Source of the DNA: Patescibacteria group bacterium
GTDB taxonomy: Bacteria > Patescibacteriota > Dojkabacteria > J137
Reading direction: 5' to 3'
NCBI GenBank assembly: GCA_016861265.1
Contig: BOLA01000001.1
Coordinates: forward strand, 139,569 to 203,568
DNA length: 64,000 nucleotides
Below are positions 40,901-50,520 of this stretch, in pieces; the first letter of the stretch is position 1; every line of letters starts with the position of its first letter. A program made the position numbers and the translations under genes. Below the pieces are notes generated by a model. It was not told the origin of the DNA. It saw only the letters and a list, made by a program, of their open reading frames with translations, and ran no database searches.

Positions 40901-43900
40901 GTCTCGACCTCCTAAAGCCCCAACGTTCAATTCGGTAAAGTTTGTAGTAGTTGTAATATAACGAATGTTACTTCTTGTGGGAGGTACATTTACTCTATCA
41001 TTTTCAAATCTCACACACCTAACAAGAGGATCAGTTTGACCATTGCTTCCAACGGGAGTGTAGTTAAATGTCGAATCATCACAACTTTGATCCTGTGTAT
41101 AGGTAATAGTCCAGCCTGAAGGTGCAACTACAGAACCTATAACAAAATCTTGATTTTCTCTGATCGGAAAGTATGTAACTGCTTGATTAGAGTTTGGTCC
41201 AAGATTATTATGACTCATTACCCAGCTTAGAATCGATCCAATTTTAGTCTGGGTTAATGAACCTGTGGCTTTATCTTTACCCACGATTGTTGCACTAAAG
41301 TCACTATTCCCACCTTCACCTCCTGATGGGGGTATGTCGCTTCCCGTATTTCCTCCACCAGTATTATCGGTTTCTGCAACTGCCTGAAAGAGTGTCTCTG
41401 ACTGACTTGGTCTCATCCAAAAATTTATTAAGTCATGTCTTGGTTCATAATATGCTCTAATATGATGGACTCCTTCGTCTATATTAAAAGGCTGGACTGG
41501 ATCGTCAGATGTGTTTATAGTTATTTCCGCATCACCATTGGCATCCACTTGATCCCAGCCAATTTCAGATCCTCCTATTCTAAATCTTACCCAGCCAGTA
41601 AGTTCAACAGGCGAATTTGGTCCGACTGTAAAATTAGGAAGAGACACATGTGCACTTAAAGTAACCTGATCCCCTTTTACCACCGAATCATCCGAAGATT
41701 GTAAGGTTGTAAAGGTTTGTATTGCATAAATTACCTGATAGTAACCAATAGAAGCGCTTGTTGTGTAGTTATTATCCCCTAAATATTCCGCATGAATAGT
41801 ATAGCCACCTGGATATAAATCCCTTAGTGTAAATGTTACCTCTCCGTTACCATCTAAGGTTGCGGTAGCTAGAACATTGTAATCACCACTACAGCAGAGG
41901 TCATGTCTTAACTCTACATCACCTGTTGGAATCTCAGATGGATTATTTGGGTCGCTAACACTCACAGTAATTACAACATCTTCTCCTGTAACCTGACCAT
42001 ATGGATTTGGTGTAACAGACGTAATTGTTGTCTGTGAATCTAAGTAACCCCCTGGTGCGCTAGTAACATTAATTGTACCTAAAGTACCATTGCAGCCAGC
42101 ATAATTTTCATCACCTGAATAATATATTGTTACAGTATAAGTTCCAGGGTTAAGAATAGTGAAGTCATGACTTGCGTTAGCAACACCATCGAGCAATGAT
42201 TCTGAAATCGGCAAGCCATTAGCACGAATTTCTACATATCCAGTAGGATATGGAGGTGGATTGTCAGGGTTTCCGTCAATCCATGCATTTGTATGAATTG
42301 CATTTCCTGCTGTTATAGTGGTTAAATCCAAATCTCCTCCGGCCACACAAGCCATACTTCCTGCAGTATTCAAAGGTATATAGTCAAATTCAAGAAATTG
42401 ATATAGGAATGTACTTGATGTTACATATAAGTTGTAGTCATTATCTAGAAGAATATCTACTATACTACCTACATCGTCCACGTCTAATACTTGGCTATTT
42501 CCCTGTGTGTTAAACCAGACCAATTGTGTATTCAAAAAGTCACTCGATGCAAAAATACCGCTGTTATTCTGAATGTATATGTCTGTAATCGGCAATCCAG
42601 TGAATATTGCATCTGTAAATTCGTTGTCTAGAATTATCGACCCTGTTTCGGTATTAAGACCCACAAACTGATGTACTATTCCGTTACTGGATGAATTGCT
42701 TCCGGATATATACAAATCGACATTATCATCGTAACGTTCCTCAATAAATATGTCAGTTGGGGTTATAAAAGTATCAAAGTTATAGCCGGTTAAATCCATA
42801 CTATAGGCTATATTTGCAAAGTCAGCAGCTAAAAGTCCATAAACATTATTACCGCATTGCAAAATCGCATCTCCTGAATTTACGATTCTTATTCTCGCAG
42901 AACATGTGCCAGGAAAGTCAAAGTTTTTTGAAACCAAGTTACCCGAATTATAAATTCCGGATTGGAACTCTATTAACATCGTATTATTAAAGGATTGACT
43001 TATTACAAATACATCACCGTTATTTCTTACTGCAAAGTCCACACTACCCGAAAAGGATGTCTGAGTATCGTAGGCATAGTCAAAATTCTGACTATCATAA
43101 TCGAAGTGCATAACAAACGTATAACCTCCTGGCCCGGTTGTTAAAAAGTAAACACCATCGGTTCCATAATTTTTATCTGCTGTAAGGGCATAAATACCAC
43201 TATAGTCGTTAGGTAAAGGATAATAATTATTTCCGGCATAAAGTCTATTCGAGTCTGTTGCCGCAAAAAAGATTCCATTATCCATAACAGTCTCAGTAAA
43301 AGCTTCTCCGATTTCAACTGTGGTATTGTTATTTAAGCCTGTATTATTCAAATAACGTTCACATCTTGTATAGTTTTCGATATATGGTGGAGTATCTGTT
43401 ATACAGGCATCCAAAACTTGTGCAGGTTGATAGTCATGTTCATATTGCTGAAAATCTATATTTTCTGAAGTCACATATAAGTAATTTGCATCATCTATTG
43501 CCAAATCTGTTAAGAAACTATCGGCTACATCTAGATCAAAGGCATGCTCAGTTCCGTCGGCGGTAAACAGTGCTATCTGATTTGTTGATCCGGGAGGTAT
43601 AGCAAATACGTTTCCATAATTATCTACTGCAATTGATGTAAATTCATAGGAACTATAAGCACCATAGGTTGATGTATAGTTAATCAATGTTCCATTTATA
43701 TTTGCATTTAAATCAATATCAGGAAGTTTTAATACTGTTGAAGTTACTGTAGAATCTCCACCAGAAATATATAGATCAGTAACTCCAGGGGAGCTATTTT
43801 TTACAAAAATATCGTTTGCATAATATAAATCATCTTGAGAGATATCTCTGAACGCACTTGTACTGTAATTGCCCCCATCGTAGTCAATAACTCTCAATTC

Positions 43901-45544
43901 AGATTCAGCTACAGCATATAGATTATTATCCTCATCAACGCCTAATAGTGGATAGTCGTAGGAACTAAAATTAAAGTCCGGATCAATTGTTACCGGGTTT
44001 AAGTAGTCACCAAAAGGGAATAATGTTAATGATGTTAATCCTGGTCCATCGCTATTAATAGTCACTATATTTCCGTCAAAGTCCATTACCATATCAACTG
44101 CGAATTCCTGTCCATTAGGCAATGGTAGTGCACTGTCAAAAACAGAATTTTCAATATCATAAATTAATATCGACTGCCCTCCGCCAATATTGTCGTCCTC
44201 CTCGAATAGAATGTACAAGTAATTCCCGTCTAGACTTGCAACCATGGTTTCTGCATATAAATAACCGGAAGGAAATTCATCGAATACGCCATTAAAGTCG
44301 TTATATATACCACCTCCACCCATATAGTCTTTTCTTAATACCATAATCCCCTTATTAGTAAATACCGATTCTACAGAATCAAAGGCGGAAGCATTAGCAA
44401 CATCAAATGAATATATCCACCTTTCACATCTGTTGCCATTTTGAACATAGGGTGGAGAATCCACTGGACAAACGGCTCCTCCGCTTATAGTCAGAGTGAA
44501 TTTATAAAAGTCTCTATAGTAGGAACTAAACACCATTGTATTATTACCCATGTAATCAACCGACATAAATGACACGTCGGTTAATATATTCGATTGTGTA
44601 TCTGCCGGATAACCAATATTAAATTTAATCAGATTATCGTACTGCACGGCAAAGATATAATCATCATTTACAGTAAAATCGGTAATGTAACCAGGATTAA
44701 CGTATGTCTGTTGAAGGCTAAATGCTCCGTTATATTGGTAAATATTGTAATCACAGTTGTCTGAGATATAAAAGGAGTTACTCCTATAGACAATCTTTTC
44801 AGAACAATCTGAAACAGAACTTATATCATATTCAGTAACATTAAATGAGTCGTTCCCATTAAATTGTTGAACATAACCATCTCCAAATAGTACGTAAGGG
44901 GAATTATTAATTTCATTAAAAGTTAATGAGTTTGGGTAAGTTCTTCCATTAGTAAAGCTGTATGTTTCGGCATTTCCATAGTCACTAATCGGAAGCCTAA
45001 CCATTATTGTTTCTTGAGTTGCATATAAATCACCAGACGAAGAATCTAATACTAATCCGGTAATATCTTCATCGCTAAGCGTCACATTCGAGATTAAATA
45101 TGTACTTGGACTACAGCTATCGAAAGGGTATACGTTTAAATTATTAAGCATTGCATCTAGAATATAAACATTACCATCATCGTCTACTGTTACCGCATTA
45201 TTACTTAAGCCGTAATCGATACCTGTATCACAGACATTATATTGATTATAGTCAGAAGGATTATAGTGAGAATTAATTTGAAAATATGAACTACTCCATT
45301 GATTTGTAAGAGTTACAAATCTGTCTGAACCATCTTTTAGAGTATGAATAGACTTAACACCATTAGTAGCTACTCCTCCCACTCCTGTACCAACTAAAGT
45401 ATCCGCCTGAGTAAATTGAAATCTATTTATATCACTAATAAAAAACGAGAGAATAATTCCGACAACACTAAAAGCTACAAAAAGTAACCGCGAATATTTA
45501 GTGAGGGATTTATTAATATGTTTAACTCGAGTCCGAAAATTCAT
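37991..45544 (-). CDS. Giant (2517 aa) membrane-anchored surface protein: propeller-like repeats, Ig-like (Big_3) domains, Cys-rich region, C-terminal TMs and carboxypeptidase-regulatory-like domains
   Basis: Ig-like motifs PTG.V...LDG.G.A/V....L.PG.Y.I.A.Y.GD.NY; C-terminal WGIIFD..T.KPV, SDLDGRY, PIPGAVVRI. Confidence 0.85.
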   Translation of the reverse strand: MNFRTRVKHINKSLTKYSRLLFVAFSVVGIILSFFISDINRFQFTQADTLVGTGVGGVATNGVKSIHTLKDGSDRFVTLTNQWSSSYFQINSHYNPSDYNQYNVCDTGIDYGLSNNAVTVDDDGNVYILDAMLNNLNVYPFDSCSPSTYLISNVTLSDEDITGLVLDSSSGDLYATQETIMVRLPISDYGNAETYSFTNGRTYPNSLTFNEINNSPYVLFGDGYVQQFNGNDSFNVTEYDISSVSDCSEKIVYRSNSFYISDNCDYNIYQYNGAFSLQQTYVNPGYITDFTVNDDYIFAVQYDNLIKFNIGYPADTQSNILTDVSFMSVDYMGNNTMVFSSYYRDFYKFTLTISGGAVCPVDSPPYVQNGNRCERWIYSFDVANASAFDSVESVFTNKGIMVLRKDYMGGGGIYNDFNGVFDEFPSGYLYAETMVASLDGNYLYILFEEDDNIGGGQSILIYDIENSVFDSALPLPNGQEFAVDMVMDFDGNIVTINSDGPGLTSLTLFPFGDYLNPVTIDPDFNFSSYDYPLLGVDEDNNLYAVAESELRVIDYDGGNYSTSAFRDISQDDLYYANDIFVKNSSPGVTDLYISGGDSTVTSTVLKLPDIDLNANINGTLINYTSTYGAYSSYEFTSIAVDNYGNVFAIPPGSTNQIALFTADGTEHAFDLDVADSFLTDLAIDDANYLYVTSENIDFQQYEHDYQPAQVLDACITDTPPYIENYTRCERYLNNTGLNNNTTVEIGEAFTETVMDNGIFFAATDSNRLYAGNNYYPLPNDYSGIYALTADKNYGTDGVYFLTTGPGGYTFVMHFDYDSQNFDYAYDTQTSFSGSVDFAVRNNGDVFVISQSFNNTMLIEFQSGIYNSGNLVSKNFDFPGTCSARIRIVNSGDAILQCGNNVYGLLAADFANIAYSMDLTGYNFDTFITPTDIFIEERYDDNVDLYISGSNSSSNGIVHQFVGLNTETGSIILDNEFTDAIFTGLPITDIYIQNNSGIFASSDFLNTQLVWFNTQGNSQVLDVDDVGSIVDILLDNDYNLYVTSSTFLYQFLEFDYIPLNTAGSMACVAGGDLDLTTITAGNAIHTNAWIDGNPDNPPPYPTGYVEIRANGLPISESLLDGVANASHDFTILNPGTYTVTIYYSGDENYAGCNGTLGTINVTSAPGGYLDSQTTITSVTPNPYGQVTGEDVVITVSVSDPNNPSEIPTGDVELRHDLCCSGDYNVLATATLDGNGEVTFTLRDLYPGGYTIHAEYLGDNNYTTSASIGYYQVIYAIQTFTTLQSSDDSVVKGDQVTLSAHVSLPNFTVGPNSPVELTGWVRFRIGGSEIGWDQVDANGDAEITINTSDDPVQPFNIDEGVHHIRAYYEPRHDLINFWMRPSQSETLFQAVAETDNTGGGNTGSDIPPSGGEGGNSDFSATIVGKDKATGSLTQTKIGSILSWVMSHNNLGPNSNQAVTYFPIRENQDFVIGSVVAPSGWTITYTQDQSCDDSTFNYTPVGSNGQTDPLVRCVRFENDRVNVPPTRSNIRYITTTTNFTELNVGALGGRDVYEVVPYNNKLFYFNHHWLVDRSMVDPLKTMFCFDLEINDTCVSKNPAIVYPVVMGQDGFSDIDDEYISSKTSFAVNAEIVNDKMYIPMTDVNFKDGVGNGHGFLCWDLLLDFYCSSTAYIKQGMIVLGNVALNAWGWGNIGDVEYNPDMQEIYSINVGDNNGYMQLLCYSIANNAPCVGQPYQMGTIQAYDPGWSVTKYQHSTGRIYSTSGGNSGYLDRQLQCMIAATKQICSDFPNEGIQVLPDKPNQSVFINQQDEMCVFIYSDGGGVVTATSPRIFCYDLDSESFYDYLPILATSHLTGDMFHDFEGPYPDGRIYFMSRWTETVIQCYEIESNSECPGWEGGKTAYQPPFDEQIYTMTYAFGCMWAASDSGRVFTFDEDTGEYCNPLITLSEGSVAVSLDANDMFCATDPDDISWNKVKVLDSGTSPSPALLGTSVYDSSQCSTDENNVITCTGTPLKSGNLLLNSGHELDISDIDYNSHKSLTAILEFQYPSVPTPAPGFYIELNPTNKAQMCAETKLMFTGALCANPITTVCENTNISYVNDPVSNNNGGQYCLNVETYFGKDANSSLCFVAATPQQRIFTVFNPNATVSTGSPTDFNPEETYNRGSESYSFGNGFFGFVQNIIETTIPQIINQDTVKNAVQSFGTQTPLAVTAVTAVTTATVVATSVVTAGSGIGQIFGVLLGFFSPRKRKYWGIIFDDLTNKPVAFASITLSIKEIGRDNQMKSTVITQAVSDLDGRYRLNTDQRDKFYLEVKASGYQPYTKFISMANPLNSAEDIVYDIPLRRIDAKESMFKSLFSYKKKGFINFARAVLLFTSIIGFLFTIYSQINFPDNLNLILLVVYVLIFIISFYPSIYTRIQKRGKVIDVDFNSPIPGAVVRIYDTKQQIALSLTNSKGEARFDLPAGEYSILASKRGYIMVAEPGKQLIKAILKAEGYLDQNILLKRIEESPTQSTGGLDNPFS

Positions 45545-45601
45545 ACTAATTCAGAATATCAAAAACTTGTGCTTAATGGAATATCTAATAGTCAATACTC
45601 A

Positions 45602-46696
45602 TCACTTTTCCCGGAATTTGAATGCAGGTAGGTTTTGAGTCTGCACTTCAACTAAGTATGTATGAAAATTATGTTTGGCTTCTTCAATTACTACAGCATA
45701 TGTTCCTACAGGAATTGGAGTGCCTGTAGTAAACTTACCGTCTGCACTACTCTTTGTTCTATAGATTACATTTTTTTGTCTGTTAACAAAAGAAACTAAA
45801 GCGTTAGGAATTGGGATGTCTCTTTTATCCACAATAATTCCATTAATTATTTTTCCCTGAACGGTAGTAGTCTGTAAGTTCTGATTTCTAATTACAGGTT
45901 GTACATTATTTACATTTAATTGAGAACCATCTAATACTTTAATTTCTCTATATAAATCATTAATTCTAGACATTATCTGTTCTTCTTTATCTCTATATGA
46001 ACTATCTTTTGCGAGCATAGATAACTGATATTTTAAATCCTCAATTTGCTTTTTATAAGATTGAACTCTGTTTTCGCTACTTTGTTCGGCCTTAGGTTTG
46101 TCTACGAATTCCTGCTGATACAAATTTTCTAATACAGAATCTTTTGTACGATTGAACAACCCTTCACCAAAAACGTCTTCGTATACTCTTACGAAATTAT
46201 CTTCTGAAGTTTGGTCAGGTTTTAAATCAATATCTCTTGATATAGTTTGATTTGTCTGTATTGCAGCTGCAGGAGCATTCTTGGTATAAGAACTGCCGTA
46301 AATTTGCTTAAGATCAATTTTATCTATATCTAATTTATTTGTTTTTCTTGCTGCGCCAACTTTCATGTCTTTAGCAGTTGTGGTTGTCACTTCCTTTGCC
46401 CTAAGTATATCGGGTGGGTTTGCCTCTCTGATCCAAACATATCTTGGTGAAATAAATAATGCCTTAACAAATCCAGATAACCATGTGCCTAAAGCCGGAG
46501 TTACCGCCATTCCAATCCCTAAAACTACACTAATAAAAGACAATGGATATTTTATAATTGCCGGTACAGGTAAAAGAAAAAGCACAACTCCAATTAATGC
46601 CCCTATAAGAATCTTGGAAAATTGTTTTAATGTAAAACTTCCGAATAACTTAAATTCTACTTCAATAACATTTTGTGGAACCGGATGTTGAGTCAT
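45602..46696 (-). CDS. PrgI-family protein with C-terminal carboxypeptidase-regulatory-like domain
   Basis: QHPVPQNV..VEFKLFG.FTLKQF, 2 TM, PRYVW; GIIVDK...PIPNALV...SSADGKF. Confidence 0.75.
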   Translation of the reverse strand: MTQHPVPQNVIEVEFKLFGSFTLKQFSKILIGALIGVVLFLLPVPAIIKYPLSFISVVLGIGMAVTPALGTWLSGFVKALFISPRYVWIREANPPDILRAKEVTTTTAKDMKVGAARKTNKLDIDKIDLKQIYGSSYTKNAPAAAIQTNQTISRDIDLKPDQTSEDNFVRVYEDVFGEGLFNRTKDSVLENLYQQEFVDKPKAEQSSENRVQSYKKQIEDLKYQLSMLAKDSSYRDKEEQIMSRINDLYREIKVLDGSQLNVNNVQPVIRNQNLQTTTVQGKIINGIIVDKRDIPIPNALVSFVNRQKNVIYRTKSSADGKFTTGTPIPVGTYAVVIEEAKHNFHTYLVEVQTQNLPAFKFREK

Positions 46697-46735
46697 ACCA
46701 ACAGTTTAAATTTATTAATACTAAGTTACAAGTTA

Positions 46736-48037
46736 TTATTCTACACCAACATACTCTACTTTATAAATTGCATTTGCTGAATCGTCCGAAATAAACATAT
46801 CACCGTTCTTATCAAACTTTACATCTACAGGTCTTCCCCATACGCTGTTGTTAGTTACCCAACCTGTAATAAAATTAACTTCCTTAGAATTTGCCTCTGA
46901 AGTATTCAATCTTACTATCTTGTATCCAGTTGGAGTTGTTCTATTCCAGGATCCATGAAATGCAATAAACAAGTCATTTGAAAAATCCAATTGAGGAAAC
47001 TTTACTCTTTGAGTTAAGTCATCATTAACTAGGAAGGTTAAACCAAGGGGTGCGGAGTGTGCCTGTAGTCCAAAAGTATTACCTTCTGTTTCTGTTTTGC
47101 AGTAACCAGAACGTTCTGGATATTCTGGATTATTAATTCCACTACCGTAACAATAAGGCCAACCATAATCTCGACCTTCTTTTATAATATTAACTTCTTC
47201 AGGAGGAAGATCGTCACCTATTAAGTCCCTTCCGTTATCTACACCCCATATTGTAAAAGCATTAGGTGTTGCCTTAAATACAAAGTCAACAGTATTTCTT
47301 AAGCCAGTTGCAAACACTTTTAGATTACTCCCATCAAGATCTGCCTGAAGCATTGTTGCTCTACGCTCATCGGTTTCTAAACATAAGTTACAAGAAGAAC
47401 CAACTGTAATATACATCTTTTGGTCCGGTCCTATTTTTACTGTTCTTGTTTTATGCGATGCAGGACTAACAGATGTTGGGAGATTATCAACTAATATTAT
47501 TTTGTCTGAGTAAGTTCCATCTTCTAATAAATTTTTATATACGATTATCTTATCCTGAGTACCTACATAAAGATCACCGTTGTAAAAATCTACACTACTA
47601 GGCTGATTTAGATTTGTATCAACAGTTGCAACTTCTTCAACATAGTCATTAGATGTAACCGATTTATAAAGTTTAATTGAACTTGAGCCCCTATCTGCAA
47701 TTATTAGTGTTCCTGAATTAGTCCAGTCTATTTGTCTAGGATTATCCAATTCAGCAGCCCATAAACTTATTTTAAAATCTATTGGCAGACTTAAAGTTCT
47801 GGCTTCCGCAAAGACTCCCTTTTTATATCTTTCCGGTACACTAACTTTCTGCTCTTGTAATTGAGTGTATTTATCTTGTAGTACGTCTGTATTCTGGTTG
47901 TTTGCTACCAATTGAGATTCATCTAAATTTCCTGAAAAAACCGATGTGTTTTTGGCCAGAAAGTAGACTGCAAGACCAACAAAAATTACAACAAGTAGAA
48001 ATAGTACTAATAAAGAGATCCTGAGTGTTTTTTTCAT
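46736..48037 (-). CDS. Glucose/sorbosone dehydrogenase family (PQQ-type beta-propeller)
   Basis: VGSSCNLC, FATGLRN, NGRD..GDDLPPEE, YGWPYC, AHSAPLGL, HGSWNR, GRPVDV. Confidence 0.9.
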   Translation of the reverse strand: MKKTLRISLLVLFLLVVIFVGLAVYFLAKNTSVFSGNLDESQLVANNQNTDVLQDKYTQLQEQKVSVPERYKKGVFAEARTLSLPIDFKISLWAAELDNPRQIDWTNSGTLIIADRGSSSIKLYKSVTSNDYVEEVATVDTNLNQPSSVDFYNGDLYVGTQDKIIVYKNLLEDGTYSDKIILVDNLPTSVSPASHKTRTVKIGPDQKMYITVGSSCNLCLETDERRATMLQADLDGSNLKVFATGLRNTVDFVFKATPNAFTIWGVDNGRDLIGDDLPPEEVNIIKEGRDYGWPYCYGSGINNPEYPERSGYCKTETEGNTFGLQAHSAPLGLTFLVNDDLTQRVKFPQLDFSNDLFIAFHGSWNRTTPTGYKIVRLNTSEANSKEVNFITGWVTNNSVWGRPVDVKFDKNGDMFISDDSANAIYKVEYVGVE

Positions 48038-48111
48038 TTTTTTAATTTAACTAACTTAGTTTATCAGCTTTACGGGCATTTTTTAACCTAAATAAGTGTT
48101 ATCAAAATATA

Positions 48112-48163
48112 GTGACATTTGTATGTAAAGATGATATACTATATTTGTACGGGTAAGGAGGTG
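48112..48163 (+). promoter_or_regulatory. Promoter and SD of cassette D
   Basis: GTGACA-17-TATACT; AAGGAGGTG at 48155-48163. Confidence 0.8.
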
Positions 48164-48167
48164 TTCA

Positions 48168-48410
48168 ATGAATCTTAGTTTTCAAAGCGTCGTTTCGTAC
48201 CGTTGGATTGAACACATGCTCGCAGCCGGTCAGAAGCTACCCAAAGTCGATGAACTGAGGGAGTTCTTCAAAGACATGCAAGCAGAAGCCAAACCAGAAA
48301 AGGTTTGGGCTACGTCGTTGTTAGGGCGGGGATGCATATACTTCCCCAAGCAAGACGTGTTTGAATTTCCGACAAAATCGGACGAGACGGCAAGCCTGTA
48401 CACCGAATAG
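48168..48410 (+). CDS. Small hypothetical protein (cassette D)
   Basis: 80 aa, strong SD, paralogous to the next ORF; hairpin at 48415-48441. Confidence 0.8.
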   Translation: MNLSFQSVVSYRWIEHMLAAGQKLPKVDELREFFKDMQAEAKPEKVWATSLLGRGCIYFPKQDVFEFPTKSDETASLYTE

Positions 48411-48461
48411 GTGTTGGGTGGCTGGTTGATCCAGCCACCCACCCTAACCCCCAATCTCCGA

Positions 48462-48517
48462 TTGATTTTTCTATATAACTGTAATATAATCATTAAGTAT
48501 TAGTCTTCCAGGGAGGT
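48462..48517 (+). promoter_or_regulatory. Promoter and SD of cassette E
   Basis: TTGATT-17-TATAAT; GGGAGGT at 48511-48517. Confidence 0.75.
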
Positions 48518-48521
48518 AACT

Positions 48522-48725
48522 ATGGTCGACTACCAAACTCTTGAGCAATTGGTTGCAAAAGGAGAGCAGCTCCCAAAGGTCGCTGAACTTGAGGCGAATG
48601 GTTATAAAGGTGATGCTGTTTGGGCAACAAATGCCCTAGGTGAAATTGTCATGTTCAATCCGAACGATGAGAGTTTTACCTTTCCCCATATGTCTACCGA
48701 TTCCGCTCAACTCATTGCTGCGTAA
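48522..48725 (+). CDS. Small hypothetical protein (cassette E), paralog of 48168-48410
   Basis: 67 aa; shared G..LPKV.EL, VWAT..LG, F.P....F.FP; hairpin at 48733-48758. Confidence 0.8.
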   Translation: MVDYQTLEQLVAKGEQLPKVAELEANGYKGDAVWATNALGEIVMFNPNDESFTFPHMSTDSAQLIAA

Positions 48726-48763
48726 GCAGCTCATGGAGCAGAAAACACTCTGCTCCATAAATT

Positions 48764-50143
48764 TTAAATTTCCATAAACGACTTATACAGTTCTGAATTC
48801 TCTAATTCATTAAAGATATCTTCCTGTTTGTAAGATGATTGAAACCATAATGCAGGAGGAGTACTTTCATATAGTTTTTTATACTCAACTATTACATCAG
48901 ATATCGTAGCCTTTTTAGCTTCATCAATAGATTTAGCATAATCAAAATTATAAATTCCCATTCCAATAAAATGGTTATATCCCCAATCGAATGTATAATT
49001 AGGATTTACCTCAGAAGGAGGATAGAAAATATAATTGCTTACATGGCTTTTAAACCATAGGCCACCTTTTTTTGACGTTAAATAATCGACAACATTATCC
49101 TTTAGTATGGAATTCAAGGCGTTAAATGAGTTTAGAATATTCTCCTTTTTAACAATCATTTTTATGCCTCTCAACCTTAAATCCCAACAATATATACTAT
49201 TAAAGACTTCAGCGGAATAAACATAGTTATGTCTTTCTCTTAAAATTTCCCTAGCAACGTAGCCCAATGCTCCATCTACTAAATATCGTAATACATTATT
49301 CCTATAACCAGAAGTATCTTTTAAAGATTGAACATAGTTTAAACTAAAGAATAGACCTTGTTGCGAGTCTTCGAAAAAATGTTGCTTCTTAAATACGGGC
49401 TTATATATTTGAGATTCGTAAGTTACTTTATCACCTTCGAAAAGAGTTATTGATTCAGCAAAATTATCTAATTCTTTTAGTAATTCTTTTGTTGGCTCCA
49501 AATTTGACTGAATTGCAAAGTAACAATTGTTAACATTAAATACTTTTCTAATAAAAGTTTCTATATGTTGACTACCAATGCTATTAATAGTCGCAGGAAT
49601 TCCTAAGTTTCTTTTTGCAAAATCAGGGCATATGTCGCCTATCATGAATTTGTCGTACGCTATCGAGCTGTCTTTTTCTATAGGCTTATATCTGTGTTCT
49701 TCCGCTAGAATTACACCTCTTTCTTCTTCAATATATTTATTTATATTGGAGAATTTGATTTGAAGCTGGTACTTTAAGTAGTTGAGCATTCTAAGGAATC
49801 CCTTAGAATTACTTTCTAGATTAAACCAGACTTCTTTTCTACTTGTAGCGGCATTACTGTAAATTGAAGGTTTTACTCTGTTTCCAAACTTATAATCGTT
49901 CATTCGATCCTGGGTTTTTAGGGTTGAGTTTGGATTACATAATAGGTGTTCCGCAAAGTGTGCAGTACCATCGGGAACATTTAGACTAGATTCAATTTGT
50001 GATCCTCCCAACGTAGAAAAAGCAAAATAAGTCTTATATATATCAGGTTTGAAGGTATAGTAAACTTTTAAACCATTATTGGTTTCAAAAATATAATTAG
50101 TGGCGAAATAATATTTATCTTTCCATTTTTCTATAAGTCGCAT
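48764..50143 (-). CDS. M16 (insulinase-family) peptidase
   Basis: GTAHFAEH inverted zinc motif, SNAATS, EERGVILAE. Confidence 0.85.
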   Translation of the reverse strand: MRLIEKWKDKYYFATNYIFETNNGLKVYYTFKPDIYKTYFAFSTLGGSQIESSLNVPDGTAHFAEHLLCNPNSTLKTQDRMNDYKFGNRVKPSIYSNAATSRKEVWFNLESNSKGFLRMLNYLKYQLQIKFSNINKYIEEERGVILAEEHRYKPIEKDSSIAYDKFMIGDICPDFAKRNLGIPATINSIGSQHIETFIRKVFNVNNCYFAIQSNLEPTKELLKELDNFAESITLFEGDKVTYESQIYKPVFKKQHFFEDSQQGLFFSLNYVQSLKDTSGYRNNVLRYLVDGALGYVAREILRERHNYVYSAEVFNSIYCWDLRLRGIKMIVKKENILNSFNALNSILKDNVVDYLTSKKGGLWFKSHVSNYIFYPPSEVNPNYTFDWGYNHFIGMGIYNFDYAKSIDEAKKATISDVIVEYKKLYESTPPALWFQSSYKQEDIFNELENSELYKSFMEI

Positions 50144-50236
50144 ATGCTCTTTTTAAAGCTAATACTAAATTATATCAAAGGAAATTGGTTTGAAGTTTAA
50201 ATTGGGGGGGTGAGACACATGGCCTCACCCATACCC

Positions 50237-50461
50237 TTATGATTGCTCTTTCGCAGAGCCAATCCAGCGCAGAGCAAAGCCCTGCAACAGGAGGAAAGCA
50301 CTTCCGATGAGCGTGACAATTCCCAGATCTTGCTTCGACATAAATCCATCGAAGAAGTATCTTTCCGGTGTGCTTACAGTAGTATTAAAGAAGACTACGA
50401 ACACCAGAAGTACACCAGCAAAGATCATGAGACCACCCACCATACGCATACGAGTTTTCAT
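50237..50461 (-). CDS. Small GC-rich 2-TM protein (cassette F); start re-assigned to ATG at 50461
   Basis: GGGAGGG SD before MKTRMR; hairpin at 50208-50230. Confidence 0.75.
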   Translation of the reverse strand: MKTRMRMVGGLMIFAGVLLVFVVFFNTTVSTPERYFFDGFMSKQDLGIVTLIGSAFLLLQGFALRWIGSAKEQS

Positions 50462-50475
50462 CGTTCTACCCTCCC

Positions 50476-50517
50476 TAGGTATATACCTATTATATACCAT
50501 ACCTAATTCTATGTCAA
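50476..50517 (-). promoter_or_regulatory. Consensus promoter of cassette F with palindrome at the start site
   Basis: TTGACA-17-TATAAT overlapped by the 14-bp palindrome TAGGTATATACCTA (50476-50489). Confidence 0.85.
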
Positions 50518-50520
50518 AAC

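Noticed and set aside
45602-46696. PrgI-like gene as evidence of an ICE
   Set aside because: No relaxase, VirB4, coupling protein, integrase or att repeats in the window.
48411-48460. Integron attC site between the small cassettes (ccctaac)
   Set aside because: No proper RYYYAAC/GTTRRRY pair or L boxes, no integrase, and the cassettes carry their own promoters.
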